Part shown: in pieces, positions 1 through 10,877 of the stretch
How positions within the stretch are numbered: the first letter of the stretch is position 1
Layout of the letters: each line of letters opens with the position of its first letter
From: an uncultured Acidobacteriota bacterium
GTDB lineage: Bacteria > Acidobacteriota > Thermoanaerobaculia > UBA5066
Direction: 5' to 3'
DNA: 64,000 nucleotides
Assembly: GCA_963779415.1 (NCBI GenBank)
Contig: CAVZYA010000001.1
Span: forward strand, 1,760,001-1,824,000
The notes under the pieces: model-generated
What the model saw: the letters and a program-made list of their open reading frames with translations, nothing else
Told to the model about the DNA's origin: nothing
Database searches by the model: none
Made by a program: the position numbers and the translations under genes

Positions 1-1254
1 GCGCCACGGCGCGCCGTCCCTCCCGAGAAGGCTCTCGACGACCGTCCCGGCCGTCGCCGCGAGGACGACGACGGGAATGCCGGCCGGGGCGATCCAGCCG
101 GAAAGGGCCGCAACGGTCCCGACGAGGAGCGCACCGAGAAGCCCGGCGAGCGTCCCGGCGATGGAGACCGCTCCGTCGGTTCCGGGAGCGACTCGCCGGA
201 AGTCCGGAAGGAGGACGGTCGCCGACCGGATCGCCTGTCCCATCTCGGTTCCCGTCGTATCCATCAGCGCCGTCGCGAAGGCCGCCGCCACCGCGAGCCG
301 AAAGGACGCCGCCCCGGCCGGTGCGAGGGCCGCGGCGAGAACGAAGAAGGCCGGGACGGAGACGTTCGCGAGGACGTTCGCGGCGCCCCGGCGCCCGCCC
401 GCCTCCTCTCCCTTTCCCATCGCCTCCTTCCGCCGGCGACCGAAGCGGGTCGCGAGCGTCCCGGCGCCGAAGAAGAGCCAGAGGAGGGCGTAGGCCGGAG
501 CCCCGCCGAACGCGAGCACGGCGGTACCGAAAACGAAACCCGAAAGGGCGCCTGACGGCCGGACGATCCGGAGCCACGCGGCGAGAAGGGCAATCGCGAG
601 GTTGATCGCTGCGCTCCACGCCAGCGTTCGCCCGAAAGCGGGTGAAAGAAGAAGGCCCCATCCCGGCAGGGTCGCCAGAAGGGTGGCGAGCGATCCCGCT
701 CCGACGAGAGGAGGGAGGATGTTGTCGTTCAGCTCGGCGGGAAGGCTCTCCACGGCGGCTCCCACGAGCGAGGCGAGGACGATCGCGAGCAACTCCGCGG
801 GAGATGCCGGGATGTGGCGGACGAATCCGAAGACGAGCGCCGCCGTGAGGCTTCCGACGAGGACGTAGGCGAAAAGGCCGACGAGACTCTTCTTCCTGTT
901 CCAGGAGAGTCGCGGGCCGCCGAGGGACATCCCCGCAAGCGCCGCCGCAGCGTCTCCGAACGCGAGAAGAGCCCACCCCGCCGCGGCAATCTCGAGGCGG
1001 TCCCGCCAGAGGAGGATCAGGATGAGAACGACGACCGGGTAGACGAGGATTCCCGCGGAGTGGGTCCGCCCCTCTTCCTCCTCCCGGAGAAGCCCCCGCC
1101 CGCCGAGCCTCGGAAGGGCGAGGACGTTGAAGAGGAAGGCGGCGAGCGCCGCGGCCGCGGCCACCTTCCACGAGAGGATGCGGAGAAAGAGCGAGAAGAG
1201 CCCCGACCCGCAGTGGACGGCCTTGCGGGCCCACTCGACGCGCGGGATCCTCAC
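1..1254 (-). CDS. Membrane protein: N-terminal phytol/dolichol kinase-like (CTP-dependent) domain fused to DUF92; runs off the window edge
   Basis: Manual translation from GTG at 1254, overlapping the lptD TGA: [18 protein letters not shown]...FGDAAAALAG...WNRKKSLVG...ELNDNILPPL (kinase-like motifs), then GGRRGAANVLAN...DTTGTEMG...PGTDGAVSIAGT (DUF92 motifs). Absent from the ORF track because there is no stop in the window. Confidence 0.8.
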   Translation of the reverse strand, partial: MRIPRVEWARKAVHCGSGLFSLFLRILSWKVAAAAALAAFLFNVLALPRLGGRGLLREEEEGRTHSAGILVYPVVVLILILLWRDRLEIAAAGWALLAFGDAAAALAGMSLGGPRLSWNRKKSLVGLFAYVLVGSLTAALVFGFVRHIPASPAELLAIVLASLVGAAVESLPAELNDNILPPLVGAGSLATLLATLPGWGLLLSPAFGRTLAWSAAINLAIALLAAWLRIVRPSGALSGFVFGTAVLAFGGAPAYALLWLFFGAGTLATRFGRRRKEAMGKGEEAGGRRGAANVLANVSVPAFFVLAAALAPAGAASFRLAVAAAFATALMDTTGTEMGQAIRSATVLLPDFRRVAPGTDGAVSIAGTLAGLLGALLVGTVAALSGWIAPAGIPVVVLAATAGTVVESLLGRDGAPWR

Positions 1255-3503
1255 TGGGCGAGGCTCCCTCTCACGTCGAGGAAGCTCCCGATGTTCTTCA
1301 GGTTGAGGGCGATCCGGAAGTCGCGCGAGGGGATCGTGCCGACCAGGATGTCGCGATACTCAAAAAGGATCTTGTAGCAGGAGCCCTGGAACGTCAGGAG
1401 CGAGCGCCACTCGAGCATCTTCGAGTTCGTCAGGTCGTAGTTCGCGGAGAGATCGAGGCGCAGGAGGTTCTTGAGAATCGGAGCCCCGCCGAAGAAGCGG
1501 ATCTGCGAGGAGGCTGCGGACGGCACGTCCACGCCGGGGGGCGGCGGAGCGACGACGGGATTCGAGTAGAAATACGAAAGCGCGACCGACGAGTCGCCCG
1601 AGACCCAGTTCGTCGTGAGGCTCGACGAGGTCAGCTGTTTCGCGTTCATGTCCCATGACGCCCGCCCGTCGAGGTTGAAGCCCGGACCGGCGACGACCCG
1701 GAGGATCGTGTCGATCGGGCCCTGCTTCGACGCGAGAGGGCTCGGACCGAAGCTGGTCCCGGCCCCCGGGAGCGTGAAGTAGTAGGTCTGTCCGATCTCG
1801 AGCGAAGCGATCTCGCGGGCGCTCCCCGTCTTGGCCTTCGCGAGAAGCCGCTGGACCAGAGCGTACCGGACGGCGTTCGTCGCGGTCACGGCGTCGATCT
1901 CGTCGAAGAGAGGTGTTTGCGCGAGGGTCCCGGGGTCGCTCTGGTAGGTGTAGTCGATCCGCGGCTCGATCACGTGCTTGAGCTTCGTGTAGTCGCCCCA
2001 CTTTACGTCGAAGATCCGCGAGAACGACGGCCCCGTCAGCTCCAGAGCGGCCGTGCCGTAGAGACGGTTATACGTTTCGGGGAGGAGCAGGGTGCCCGTC
2101 GGGTCGAGCGACATTCCGTAGGACGTCAGACGGGCGCCGCCGGACGCCTGGGCCGAGAACCACGGAGCGATCGGAAGCGGGACGGAGACGCTGGGGAAGA
2201 GGTCGAACCGGCTGTACGACCCGGAAGGCTGTCCGGGCCCGCGGTTGGCGAGGAGAAGGCCCGCCTGGCCGGTCGCCTCGACGAAGGCCGCGTTCGAGAA
2301 GACGGGGATCGGGCGGAGAGACGCCTCGAGCGCCGGCTCGCGCTCGAGGATCACGTTCGTCGTCCCGAGAATCGCCTCCTCCCGGGTGTACCGCAGGTTC
2401 AGCGAGAACGGGTCCGGGTTCCACGTCAGAAAGGCGTCGGAGCCGATGCTCCGGGCGGAGGCGAGATTGAAGCTCGTCTCGTAGCCCTGCCAGAAGTTGA
2501 CGTCCGAGTAGTTGAGCCAGTTCACGACCCCGCGGATCCGCGGGGCGATGTCGTCGCTCACGAGGGTCCCCGCGGTCTTCCACTGCCAGGTGCTCGCGCC
2601 GGGGTCCCAGACCGTGTAGTAAAGGCCCGAGAAGCGCGTCCCGACGGTCGGGCGGGCCCGGAACTCGGTCCCGATGCCGTACCACCCCTTCGTGTAGAGG
2701 TCGCCGACGAACGTCGCGTCTGCGGAGCGGGAGATGGCCCAGTAGTACGAGAGTCCGAGGTAGCCCCCGCGGTCCGAGTTGTAGCCGACGGTCGGGATCA
2801 TGAATCCGGAGGCCCTGTCACGCAGGACGGGCCAGACGAGATAGGGAAGGTAGAGGAGCGGGACTCCTCCCATCCGGAAGGTCGTCGCCGAGAAGTGCGC
2901 GTACTCCTCGAGAGTGAAGCGCCCCCGGCTCGTCGTGAACTCCCAGGCCGGCTTCTCTCCTTCACACCCCGTGATCCGACCATCGGTCATCGTGAAGCTG
3001 CGCGGTCCGACCTTCGCGAGGAGGGCGCCGCGCAGGTGGACGCCTCCCTCGAGATCCAGCTTTCCGTCCGTGACGACACCCACCTTCTCGGCGAGGTCGA
3101 AGTCGATCCTCTCTCCGGTGAGGCGCGACTTTCCCTGCTCGAGGACGACGTCTCCTTCGGCCACGACCGTCTTCTTCCCGAGGTTCGCCCTCACCTTCCG
3201 GGCCGTGAGCCGGATGTCCTGGTAGGTGACCGTCACGAACTTCCCGGGCGGCGCTTCCGCCTCCCAGGTCGATTCCCCGACGAGCGTCTGGTGGCCCGGG
3301 GCCCCCCCCGCCTCCCCCTCCGGCACGGAGACGTGGATCTCGCCTCCCTTCTCCGGCGCCCGGAACTTCAGGTCGAAGTTCGCCCGCTCCTTGAAGCGGG
3401 TGGCGAAGGGGTCCGTGTCGAAGGACGACTGCGCGGCGACCTCCAGGGGCGAGGCCACAAGGAGAAGGACGAGGACGGCGCGCTGCGCCGCCGCCCGGCT
3501 CAG
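1251..3503 (-). CDS. lptD: LPS-assembly outer-membrane protein LptD
   Basis: 735-aa ORF with an OstA-like N-terminus ([12 protein letters not shown]), [18 protein letters not shown] and [12 protein letters not shown] motifs, and a beta-barrel-like C-terminus. The hydrophobic signal peptide extends the start upstream to a probable CTG at 3503 overlapping the scoB stop; the start is uncertain. Confidence 0.85.
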   Translation of the reverse strand: MSRAAAQRAVLVLLLVASPLEVAAQSSFDTDPFATRFKERANFDLKFRAPEKGGEIHVSVPEGEAGGAPGHQTLVGESTWEAEAPPGKFVTVTYQDIRLTARKVRANLGKKTVVAEGDVVLEQGKSRLTGERIDFDLAEKVGVVTDGKLDLEGGVHLRGALLAKVGPRSFTMTDGRITGCEGEKPAWEFTTSRGRFTLEEYAHFSATTFRMGGVPLLYLPYLVWPVLRDRASGFMIPTVGYNSDRGGYLGLSYYWAISRSADATFVGDLYTKGWYGIGTEFRARPTVGTRFSGLYYTVWDPGASTWQWKTAGTLVSDDIAPRIRGVVNWLNYSDVNFWQGYETSFNLASARSIGSDAFLTWNPDPFSLNLRYTREEAILGTTNVILEREPALEASLRPIPVFSNAAFVEATGQAGLLLANRGPGQPSGSYSRFDLFPSVSVPLPIAPWFSAQASGGARLTSYGMSLDPTGTLLLPETYNRLYGTAALELTGPSFSRIFDVKWGDYTKLKHVIEPRIDYTYQSDPGTLAQTPLFDEIDAVTATNAVRYALVQRLLAKAKTGSAREIASLEIGQTYYFTLPGAGTSFGPSPLASKQGPIDTILRVVAGPGFNLDGRASWDMNAKQLTSSSLTTNWVSGDSSVALSYFYSNPVVAPPPPGVDVPSAASSQIRFFGGAPILKNLLRLDLSANYDLTNSKMLEWRSLLTFQGSCYKILFEYRDILVGTIPSRDFRIALNLKNIGSFLDVRGSLAQ

Positions 3504-4162
3504 AGACGCATCTCCAGGACCGTCCCGAAGGCCTCGAGGGGCGGCTCCGTCGCGGCCCGGATCTCCTCGACCGAAACGCCCGGAGCCCGCTCGACGAGCC
3601 GGAGGCCGCCCCCCGGCTTCACGTCGAGGACGGCGAGGTCGGTGATGATCCGGTGGACGCAGCGGCGCCCCGTGAGGGGAAGCGTGCAGCGCGTCAGGAT
3701 CTTCTTCTCGCCGCTCTTCGCGACGTGCTCCATCGTCACGACGACGCGTCTCGCTGCCGCGACGAGGTCCATCGCGCCCCCCATCCCCTTGACGAGCCGG
3801 CCCGGGATCATCCAGTTCGCGAGCGAGCCCTCCGCGTCCACCTGCATCGCTCCGAGGATGCAGAGGTCGACATGGCCGCCGCGGATCATCGCGAACGACT
3901 CGGCCGAGGAGAAGAAGGACGCGCCGGGAAGGACAGTGACCGTCTCCTTGCCGGCGTTGATCAGGTCGGCGTCCACCTCGGCCTCGGTCGGATACGGACC
4001 CATCCCGAGGATCCCGTTCTCGGACTGGAGGATCACCTCCATCCCGGCGGGAATGGCGTTCGAGACGAGGGTCGGCATCCCGATTCCGAGGTTCACGTAC
4101 ATGCCGTCGCGGAGCTCCTGCGCCGCGCGCTTCACGATTCCATCCCGGTCCAGCTTCGGCAT
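3500..4162 (-). CDS. scoB: 3-oxoacid CoA-transferase subunit B
   Basis: [16 protein letters not shown] (catalytic Glu) and [10 protein letters not shown] motifs. Confidence 0.93.
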   Translation of the reverse strand: MPKLDRDGIVKRAAQELRDGMYVNLGIGMPTLVSNAIPAGMEVILQSENGILGMGPYPTEAEVDADLINAGKETVTVLPGASFFSSAESFAMIRGGHVDLCILGAMQVDAEGSLANWMIPGRLVKGMGGAMDLVAAARRVVVTMEHVAKSGEKKILTRCTLPLTGRRCVHRIITDLAVLDVKPGGGLRLVERAPGVSVEEIRAATEPPLEAFGTVLEMRL

Positions 4163-4165
4163 GGC

Positions 4166-4879
4166 CTACCCCTTCCTCACGGTCCGCCGCTCGATCCGCT
4201 TGACGCGGGGCGCGACGACGACTCGGTGGACGTAGATGCCAGGGGTGTCGATCTCGTCGGGTGGAAGAGCGCCCACCGGTACCAGCTCCTCCACCTCGGC
4301 GATCGTGACGCGGCCCGCGGTCGCGACCATCGGGTTGAAGTTCCGGGCCGTCTTCCGGTAGACGAGATTGCCGAGCCGGTCTCCCTTCCAGGCCGCCACG
4401 AGCGCGAACTCCCCCGTGATGCCCCGTTCGAGGACGTACTCGCGCCCGTCGAACTCGCGCGTCTCCTTCCCCTCCGCCACGACCGTTCCGACTCCGGCGG
4501 GCGTGTAGAACCCGGCGATTCCCGCCCCTCCCGCCCGCAGTCGCTCGGCAAGCGTCCCCTGAGGGCAGAACTCGAGCTCCAGCTCCTTCGCGAGATATTG
4601 CCGCTCGAACTCGGCGTTCTCGCCCACGTAGGAGGAGAGCATCTTCCGGATCTTCCGCTTCCCGAGGAGGATCCCGAGCCCCCAGTCGTCGACGCCGCAG
4701 TTGTTCGAAACGCAGGTCAGGTCCGAGACGTCCCGCTCCGCGAGCGCGAGGATGAGGTTCTCGGGAATGCCGCAGAGGCCGAAACCCCCGACGAGGAGCG
4801 TGGCTCCCGAGGGAATGTCCGCGACCGCCGCGGTGGCGGCCTCCCGCGGCGTCGCCGCCTTCATCACCTTGTCGATCAT
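4166..4879 (-). CDS. scoA: 3-oxoacid CoA-transferase subunit A
   Basis: [28 protein letters not shown] and KTARNFNP motifs; start placed at MIDKV with upstream GGAG. Confidence 0.93.
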   Translation of the reverse strand: MIDKVMKAATPREAATAAVADIPSGATLLVGGFGLCGIPENLILALAERDVSDLTCVSNNCGVDDWGLGILLGKRKIRKMLSSYVGENAEFERQYLAKELELEFCPQGTLAERLRAGGAGIAGFYTPAGVGTVVAEGKETREFDGREYVLERGITGEFALVAAWKGDRLGNLVYRKTARNFNPMVATAGRVTIAEVEELVPVGALPPDEIDTPGIYVHRVVVAPRVKRIERRTVRKG

Positions 4880-4937
4880 GTCGTCTCCAAAGGGACGCAC
4901 TATCGCGTCCCCCGTCCCCCTTGGCCGCCTCGCGCCG

Positions 4938-6122
4938 TCAGAGCGCTTCCACCACCATGGCGACCGCTTCGCCGCCGCCGATGCAGATCGAGGCGAGGCC
5001 GTATTTCTTCTTCCGCGCCCGGAGGGCGTGGACGAGCGTCGTCAGGATACGGGCCCCGGAGGCCCCGATCGGGTGCCCGAGCGCCACGGCCCCCCCATTG
5101 ACGTTGACCCGGTTCGGGTCGAGGTCGAGATCCCTGATGAACGCCATCCCGACGACGGCGAAGGCTTCGTTGACCTCGACGAGGTCGATGTCCGAGAGGG
5201 CGAGGCCCGCACGCTCGACGGCCTTGCGAGCCGCGGCGATGGGCGCCGTCGTGAACCATTCCGGCTCCTGGGCATGCGAGGCCTGGGCCAGGATCCGGGC
5301 GATCGGGCGCGAAGCCTCGGCCGCGGCCGCCGCCTCGGTCGCCAGGACGAGAGCCGACGCCCCGTCGTTGATCTTGGAGGCGTTCGCCGCCGTGACGGTG
5401 CCGTCCTTCTGGAAGGCCGGCTTGAGCGATCCCATCTTCTCGAGCTTCTCCAGCGGGGTCGCGAACGGTTCCTCGTCCCGGTCCACGGTCGTGGGCCCTT
5501 TCTTTCCTTCGATCGTCACGTTCGCGAACTCGGCCTTGAAATCGCCCGCCTCGTTCGCGCGCCGGGCCCGCTGATAGCTCTCGAGGGCGTAAGCGTCCTG
5601 CGCCTCGCGCGAGAGCGCGTATTTGCCCGCGCAGAGCTCGGCGCAGTTTCCCATGTGGACGTTCTTGTAGGGGTCCCAGAGCCCGTCCGAGATCATGGAG
5701 TCGAGGAGTTGGGCGTGTCCCATCCGGTAGCCGGTCCGCGCTTTCGGGAGAAGGTAGGGAGCGTTCGACATCGACTCCATCCCGCCCGCGACGACCACGG
5801 AGAACTCCCCTGTCCGGAGGGCATTGGCGCCGTCCATGACCGAGCGGAGCCCCGACCCGCAGACCTTGTGTACCGTCACGCATCCGGTTCCCTTCGGGAG
5901 GCCGGCGCCCAGGGCGGCCTGGCGCGCCGGCGCCTGGCCGGAGCCCGCCTGAAGGACGTTGCCGAACCAGACGTGCTCCACCTGCTCGGGGGCCACGTCG
6001 GCCCTCTCGACGGCGGCCTTGATGGCCACCGCGCCGAGCTGGGGGGCGGTGAGAGTCGAGAGCGCTCCGAGAAACGACCCGATGGGGGTCCGGACCGCGG
6101 AGAGGATGAGGACGTCGTTCAT
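4938..6122 (-). CDS. atoB: Acetyl-CoA C-acetyltransferase (thiolase)
   Basis: [31 protein letters not shown] and CIGGG thiolase motifs; start at MNDVLIL. Confidence 0.93.
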   Translation of the reverse strand: MNDVLILSAVRTPIGSFLGALSTLTAPQLGAVAIKAAVERADVAPEQVEHVWFGNVLQAGSGQAPARQAALGAGLPKGTGCVTVHKVCGSGLRSVMDGANALRTGEFSVVVAGGMESMSNAPYLLPKARTGYRMGHAQLLDSMISDGLWDPYKNVHMGNCAELCAGKYALSREAQDAYALESYQRARRANEAGDFKAEFANVTIEGKKGPTTVDRDEEPFATPLEKLEKMGSLKPAFQKDGTVTAANASKINDGASALVLATEAAAAAEASRPIARILAQASHAQEPEWFTTAPIAAARKAVERAGLALSDIDLVEVNEAFAVVGMAFIRDLDLDPNRVNVNGGAVALGHPIGASGARILTTLVHALRARKKKYGLASICIGGGEAVAMVVEAL

Positions 6123-6243
6123 GGGAAGGAAACCTCCATCCGGCAGCCGGCACGCCGGGAGGCGACCGGGCATCGGCCGCGATTGTAGCCGCAGGCTCCC
6201 TCCCCGTATGCGGCGATCCGGAGGCGGCTGCTACGATTCCCCC

Positions 6244-6660
6244 GTGCGCCTCCTCGCCGTCGATTTCGGGGAGAAACGGATCGGCCTCGCCGTCTCCGAC
6301 GCCCGTGGCACGGTCGTCGTCCCGGTCGGCGCGGTGGCCCGCAAAAGCGATGGGCAGGCCGCGGCCGCGATCGCCGAGGAAGCCCGGGAGCGCGGCGTCG
6401 GGAGGCTCGTGGTGGGTCATCCGCTCCGCAGCGGCGGGGTGGAGACGCTTCTCGCCCGCCGGGCGCGCAACTTCGCCCGCCGGCTCGCCGAGGTCTCTGG
6501 GCTCCCCGTCGACCTCCACGGCGAGGCGCTCACGTCCCGTGCCGCCGAGGAGGCACTCGAAGGGGCGGGAGTCCCGGCGGCGCGTCGCGCCGCCGCGCGC
6601 GACGCGGAGGCCGCTGCCGTGCTCCTTCGCGACTACCTGGCCGCTCGGGACGGTCCCTAG
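6244..6660 (+). CDS. ruvX: Holliday junction resolvase-like / pre-16S rRNA nuclease RuvX (YqgF)
   Basis: GTG start, RLLAVDFGEKRIGLAVSD, VVGHP, E-x-LTS and DAEAAAVLL motifs; directly upstream of mltG, a conserved gene order. Confidence 0.9.
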   Translation: MRLLAVDFGEKRIGLAVSDARGTVVVPVGAVARKSDGQAAAAIAEEARERGVGRLVVGHPLRSGGVETLLARRARNFARRLAEVSGLPVDLHGEALTSRAAEEALEGAGVPAARRAAARDAEAAAVLLRDYLAARDGP

Positions 6661-6670
6661 GGGAGTGCGC

Positions 6671-7744
6671 ATGTTCGGGAGCACCCACGCCCGAAAGCGC
6701 CACGTCTACCCGATCCTCGTCTGGGCGGTGGTCGCGATCCTCGTCGTCGCGGCCGCCTTCGCCGGTCTCGTCTTCGTCGCCGTGAAGATGCCGTTCAAGG
6801 GTTACGCGGCGGATTCGGCCTTCCTCGACATCGCCCCGAGGACGACGACTTTCGCGATCCTCGAATCGCTCGAGAAGGAAGGGGTCCTCCGCGACTGGAG
6901 GCTCGGCCTCGTCGCGCTCCGCCTCCTCCATCCCGGAAAGACGCTCAAGGCGGGCGAATACCGCTTCGCGGGGGAAAGAACTCCGGAGCAGGTGATTCTC
7001 ACGATCGTGGCGGGGGACGTCGTCACCTACCGGATCACCGTCCCCGAAGGATTTTCCGCGGACGAGGTTTTCACCCTCTTCGCCTCCCAGGGTTTCGGCT
7101 TTGCGGCCGACTACCGCTATCTGGACGCGCACCCGGCCGAGCTGGAAGGAGTCCCCGCGGGCGCCCCGTCCCTGGAAGGATTCCTCTTCCCCGAGACCTA
7201 CACGGTCACCCGGTCGATGTCGGCGCGCGAGATCGTCGCGATGATGACGCGGGCGTTCGCACGACGGCTTCCGCCCGATTACGAGGAGGAGGCTCGCCGC
7301 GTCGGGCTCACGCTGGTGGGGGCCGTGACGCTCGCCTCGCTCGTCGAGAAGGAGACCGCGATTTCTTATGAGCGGCCTCTCGTCTCGGCCGTCTACCTCA
7401 ACCGGATGAAGCACCGGATGCTCCTCCAGGCAGACCCGACGACGATCTATGCGCTGAAGCGCCTCGGCCAGTGGCGCGGGACGCTCGCCCGGTCGCAGCT
7501 CGCCGCGGAGGATCCGTACAACACGTACGTCACCCCGGGCCTCCCGCCCGGCCCGATCTGCAACCCCGGCCTCCCCGCGCTCGAGGCCGCGGTCCACCCC
7601 GCGCCGGAGGACTACCTCTTCTTCGTCTCCGCCGGCGACGGCTCCCACCAGTTTTCGTCCACCTTCGACGAGCACGGACGAAACGTGGCCCGCTATCTCG
7701 AGACGCGGCGCGCGCAGCGTGAATCTGCCCGGTCGCAACGCTAG
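6671..7744 (+). CDS. mltG: Endolytic transglycosylase MltG
   Basis: N-terminal TM, ITVPEG, LEGFLFPETY, LASLVEKE, LQADPT and PYNTY..PGLPPGPICNPG motifs. Confidence 0.95.
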   Translation: MFGSTHARKRHVYPILVWAVVAILVVAAAFAGLVFVAVKMPFKGYAADSAFLDIAPRTTTFAILESLEKEGVLRDWRLGLVALRLLHPGKTLKAGEYRFAGERTPEQVILTIVAGDVVTYRITVPEGFSADEVFTLFASQGFGFAADYRYLDAHPAELEGVPAGAPSLEGFLFPETYTVTRSMSAREIVAMMTRAFARRLPPDYEEEARRVGLTLVGAVTLASLVEKETAISYERPLVSAVYLNRMKHRMLLQADPTTIYALKRLGQWRGTLARSQLAAEDPYNTYVTPGLPPGPICNPGLPALEAAVHPAPEDYLFFVSAGDGSHQFSSTFDEHGRNVARYLETRRAQRESARSQR

Positions 7745-7765
7745 AATGCCGTCCGAGACCCCTCG

Positions 7766-9640
7766 ATGAGCAGCGAAGTCCCGGCGATCCGGCCGTTCGG
7801 GCCGTACCTTCTCCTCCGGAACACCGGAGCCGACGTCCTCGGGAAGCTCTACCGGGCGGGGACTCTCGGCCAGCCTGGCCTCAGGCCGCTCCTTCACCTC
7901 CGCGTCTTTGACGGCCCTGCCGTGGACCGTGGCGCGCTTCTCAAAGCCATGGAACAGACGGTCGACGTCCTGGAGGGGGTGGTCGGCCCTTCCGTTGCGG
8001 CGGGCGCCGTCCTCGGCTCCGTGGACGATCTGCCCATCGCCGGCGTCGACGTCCCCCCGGGGCAGGCCCTCGACGCCGTCCTCGCGGCGGGAAGCGGCGG
8101 CGGAGGCTTCACGCCGGAGCAGGCGCTCTCCATGACCGAGCGGATCCTCGCGGCGCTCAGTGCGGCCCGGCCCGTCGCGCTCGTCGCCGAGGCGCCGCAC
8201 GGCTTCCTCGTCCCCTCGTTCGTCCTCCTCTCTTACGACGGCGAGGTCCGTCTCTTCGGTTTCGGGCTCGGGCCGGGGCTTCTCCCGACCCTCCGGGATC
8301 CGAAGGCCCGCGAGGCTCTCGCGCCGTACATGGCCCCGGAGGTGCTCGCCTCCGGCAGGCCGTCGCCGGCCGGTGACGTCTACTCGGCTGCCGCGATCCT
8401 CTTCGAGGCGCTGACGGGGCGCCCGCCGGAGGCCGGAGCCGCCGAAGCGAACATCGAGACCGCCCTTCTCGCCGAAGGAGGAGCGCCGCTTCCCGAGCCG
8501 ATCCGTCAGTTGCTCCGCCGCGGACTCGCATCCGACCCGGCGCGGCGTGAGGCCGAGCCCGACTCCTACCGGACCGCGGTCGGTGCGCTGGACTACGGCG
8601 AGAACGTCTCTTCCTCCACCTTCAGCCTCGCGTTTTTCATGCAGCGACGATTCGAACGGACGATCCGGACGGAGGCGCGCCAGCGCGAGGCCGAAGAACG
8701 GCTGGCCGCATCGCGGCCTGCCGCGATCGAACCCCGCCCGGCGGCACAGGCCCGTCCCTCCCTCGCCGCACCCCGCGCGCGCGCACCCTCCGCACCGGCC
8801 CCGCGGCCGGCACCGAAGGAAGCGGCTCCCGTCCGGACCGTCGCGCCCTCTGCCCCGAAAAGCCCGCCGTCGGGCTATCCGCTCCCGATCATCGTCCTCG
8901 GCGTCGTCTTCGTCCTCGCGATCGCCGGCCTCTGGTTCTGGAAGTTCCGGCAGGGCGCCGTACCCGCGCCGGCCCCCGTCGCCGCGCCGACGCCGGCCCC
9001 AACGGCCCCGCCCGCTCCCCCCGCGCCGGTCGTCGTCGGCAAGGAGGACCCGCTCTTTCAGGCTGCGGTACAGGCCCGCCTCGAGGAGGAGCTGAAGAAG
9101 CGCGAGCGGCTGCGCACGGCCGAGCAGGAGAAGGAGCAGAAGAAGAAGCAGGCCGGCGTGGATCGCGCCGCCGAGGAAGCCCGAAAGGCACAGGAAGCCG
9201 AGGACGCCGCGCGCGCCGCCCGTGACCGGAACGATCGCCAGGAGGCCCTGCGCCTCGCCAGGGAAGCCCAGGAGGCCCGGCGCCGGGCCGACGAGGCGGC
9301 CGCCGCCGCTGCCAAGGCCGCCGTCCCGACGGTCCGGGAAGGCGACCTCGTGGAGATCACGCAGGTGGATGTCGTACCGGCCGTCGTCTCCACCGTCCAC
9401 CCCGACGTGCCGACGCTCGCGAAGCGCATGAAGGTCGGCGGAACCGTGCTGCTGCGCGTCCTCGTGACCGAATCCGGTCAGACTGCCGAGGTCGAGATCC
9501 TCCGCGACACGGCTCCCCGGGTCGGCCTCGGGGAGAGCGCCAAGGCGGCCGTGGAGAAATGGACGTGGACCCCGGCCATGAAGGACGGCAAGAAGGTCCG
9601 CACGTGGACCACGGTCCCCATCCCCTTCGTCGTCCAGTAG
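7766..9640 (+). CDS. Ser/Thr pseudokinase - TM - coiled coil - TonB C-terminal domain fusion
   Basis: Kinase fold (FGPYLLL, YMAPE, DVYSAAAILFEALTG) with degenerate catalytic motifs; TM PIIVLGVVFVLAIAGLWFW; TonB_C (GTVLLRVLVTESG...AVEKWTWTPAMKDGKKV..IPFVVQ). Confidence 0.8.
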   Translation: MSSEVPAIRPFGPYLLLRNTGADVLGKLYRAGTLGQPGLRPLLHLRVFDGPAVDRGALLKAMEQTVDVLEGVVGPSVAAGAVLGSVDDLPIAGVDVPPGQALDAVLAAGSGGGGFTPEQALSMTERILAALSAARPVALVAEAPHGFLVPSFVLLSYDGEVRLFGFGLGPGLLPTLRDPKAREALAPYMAPEVLASGRPSPAGDVYSAAAILFEALTGRPPEAGAAEANIETALLAEGGAPLPEPIRQLLRRGLASDPARREAEPDSYRTAVGALDYGENVSSSTFSLAFFMQRRFERTIRTEARQREAEERLAASRPAAIEPRPAAQARPSLAAPRARAPSAPAPRPAPKEAAPVRTVAPSAPKSPPSGYPLPIIVLGVVFVLAIAGLWFWKFRQGAVPAPAPVAAPTPAPTAPPAPPAPVVVGKEDPLFQAAVQARLEEELKKRERLRTAEQEKEQKKKQAGVDRAAEEARKAQEAEDAARAARDRNDRQEALRLAREAQEARRRADEAAAAAAKAAVPTVREGDLVEITQVDVVPAVVSTVHPDVPTLAKRMKVGGTVLLRVLVTESGQTAEVEILRDTAPRVGLGESAKAAVEKWTWTPAMKDGKKVRTWTTVPIPFVVQ

Positions 9641-9646
9641 GCGGCG

Positions 9647-10858
9647 TTACTTCGATCCGGCCGGCTTCGGAAGGGGGAGCCCCTTCCCGCCGAGGTACGT
9701 CCGTCGGAGGAACTCCTCCATCAGCGGGTCCGCGAACCAGGAGACGGCCACGCCGTCGATGAAGTAGGTCGGCGTCGCCCGGACGCGAACGAACCAGCCT
9801 TCCGACATGTCGGCGAAGATCTTCTCGTCGGTCTTCGCCTGCAGATAACACCCCTTGAAGTACGCCTCGGGGACGCCGTTGTCGACCGCGAACGCGAGCG
9901 AGAAGGCGTCCACCGCCGCGACGTTCATCTCGTCCTGCCGGGCGTAGATGTTCGACTTGTACCGGAAATAGAGCTCCGGGCTCCGTTCGAAGAAGCAGCG
10001 TCCGGCCGAAGCGGCGCGGAAGGCCCAGGGATGCGAGTCCGTGAGGGGAAAGCTCTTGATATAACGCCGGATCTTCAGCTCTCCCGCGAGCTTCGCCTGC
10101 AGGGTGTCCCAGTCGCTAGTCCGCCTCTTGCACGAGGGGCACTCCATGTCGGAGAACTCGACCACGGTCACGCGCGCGTCCGGGGGCCCCACCGCGGGGG
10201 TGTCCGCCAGCTTGAGGATCTCGCGCCGCTGCTCGGCCACGGTACGGTTCCGGTCCCAGAAGTGCCCGAGGAAGAGGACGGCACCGTCCCGCGCCGAGAT
10301 GTAGGCGGGGATCGAGTATTCCCCGTACCCCGTCTCGCGCCGGATGGCGATCCCCTTCCACTCCTTCCGGTCGAGGGACGGCTCGAGCGTGAGGCGGGGC
10401 GTGCCGGGAAAGTACCGCTTGAGAAGTTCGCTCATGTTCGCGAGGTCGGCGTTCGTCCGGACGGGGACCGGGTTCTTGAGGCGCGCCTCGTCTCCGATCG
10501 CGTCGCCGACGAGGACGCCCTTTCCCCCCTCCTCGACCGCCGCGAAGAGCTGATCCGCCATCTTGGTTTCGATGCTGAAGCTCTTCTCGGCGCGGTAGAC
10601 CCGGTAACCCGGGACCTTGATGAGGGTCACTTCCTCGAGCTTCGACTCGCCGGGGCCCCACGGGAAGAACGTCTCGAGCCACGAAAGCAGCGGGTCCGCC
10701 TTCGCCTCGACGGCCTTTGCGGCCGCGTCCTTCGGCCGCGCGGGCTCCTGAGCGGCATGGAGGGCACCGGCGGCGATCAGCATGAAAGACGCGAGGGCAA
10801 CGCGCAGACGCGGCGGCTTCTTTTCGGTCGACATTCTCCGGATTGTACGGGGCATCAC
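9647..10858 (-). CDS. Exported DsbA-family thiol-disulfide oxidoreductase with a long N-terminal extension
   Basis: Signal peptide; VVEFSDMECPSC active site, FPL and VRATPTYFIDG cis-Pro loop; the start could be at 10834. Confidence 0.85.
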   Translation of the reverse strand: MMPRTIRRMSTEKKPPRLRVALASFMLIAAGALHAAQEPARPKDAAAKAVEAKADPLLSWLETFFPWGPGESKLEEVTLIKVPGYRVYRAEKSFSIETKMADQLFAAVEEGGKGVLVGDAIGDEARLKNPVPVRTNADLANMSELLKRYFPGTPRLTLEPSLDRKEWKGIAIRRETGYGEYSIPAYISARDGAVLFLGHFWDRNRTVAEQRREILKLADTPAVGPPDARVTVVEFSDMECPSCKRRTSDWDTLQAKLAGELKIRRYIKSFPLTDSHPWAFRAASAGRCFFERSPELYFRYKSNIYARQDEMNVAAVDAFSLAFAVDNGVPEAYFKGCYLQAKTDEKIFADMSEGWFVRVRATPTYFIDGVAVSWFADPLMEEFLRRTYLGGKGLPLPKPAGSK

Positions 10859-10877
10859 CGGGAGACCCCGGACGCCC

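Noticed and set aside
6530-9400. Long opposite-strand or alternative-frame ORFs (e.g. 6530-9400, 1917-4235, 24140-27469, 36174-39014, 40481-42886, 45785-48220)
   Set aside because: They overlap well-supported genes, are Arg/Gly/Pro-rich without motifs, and are expected in very high-GC DNA.
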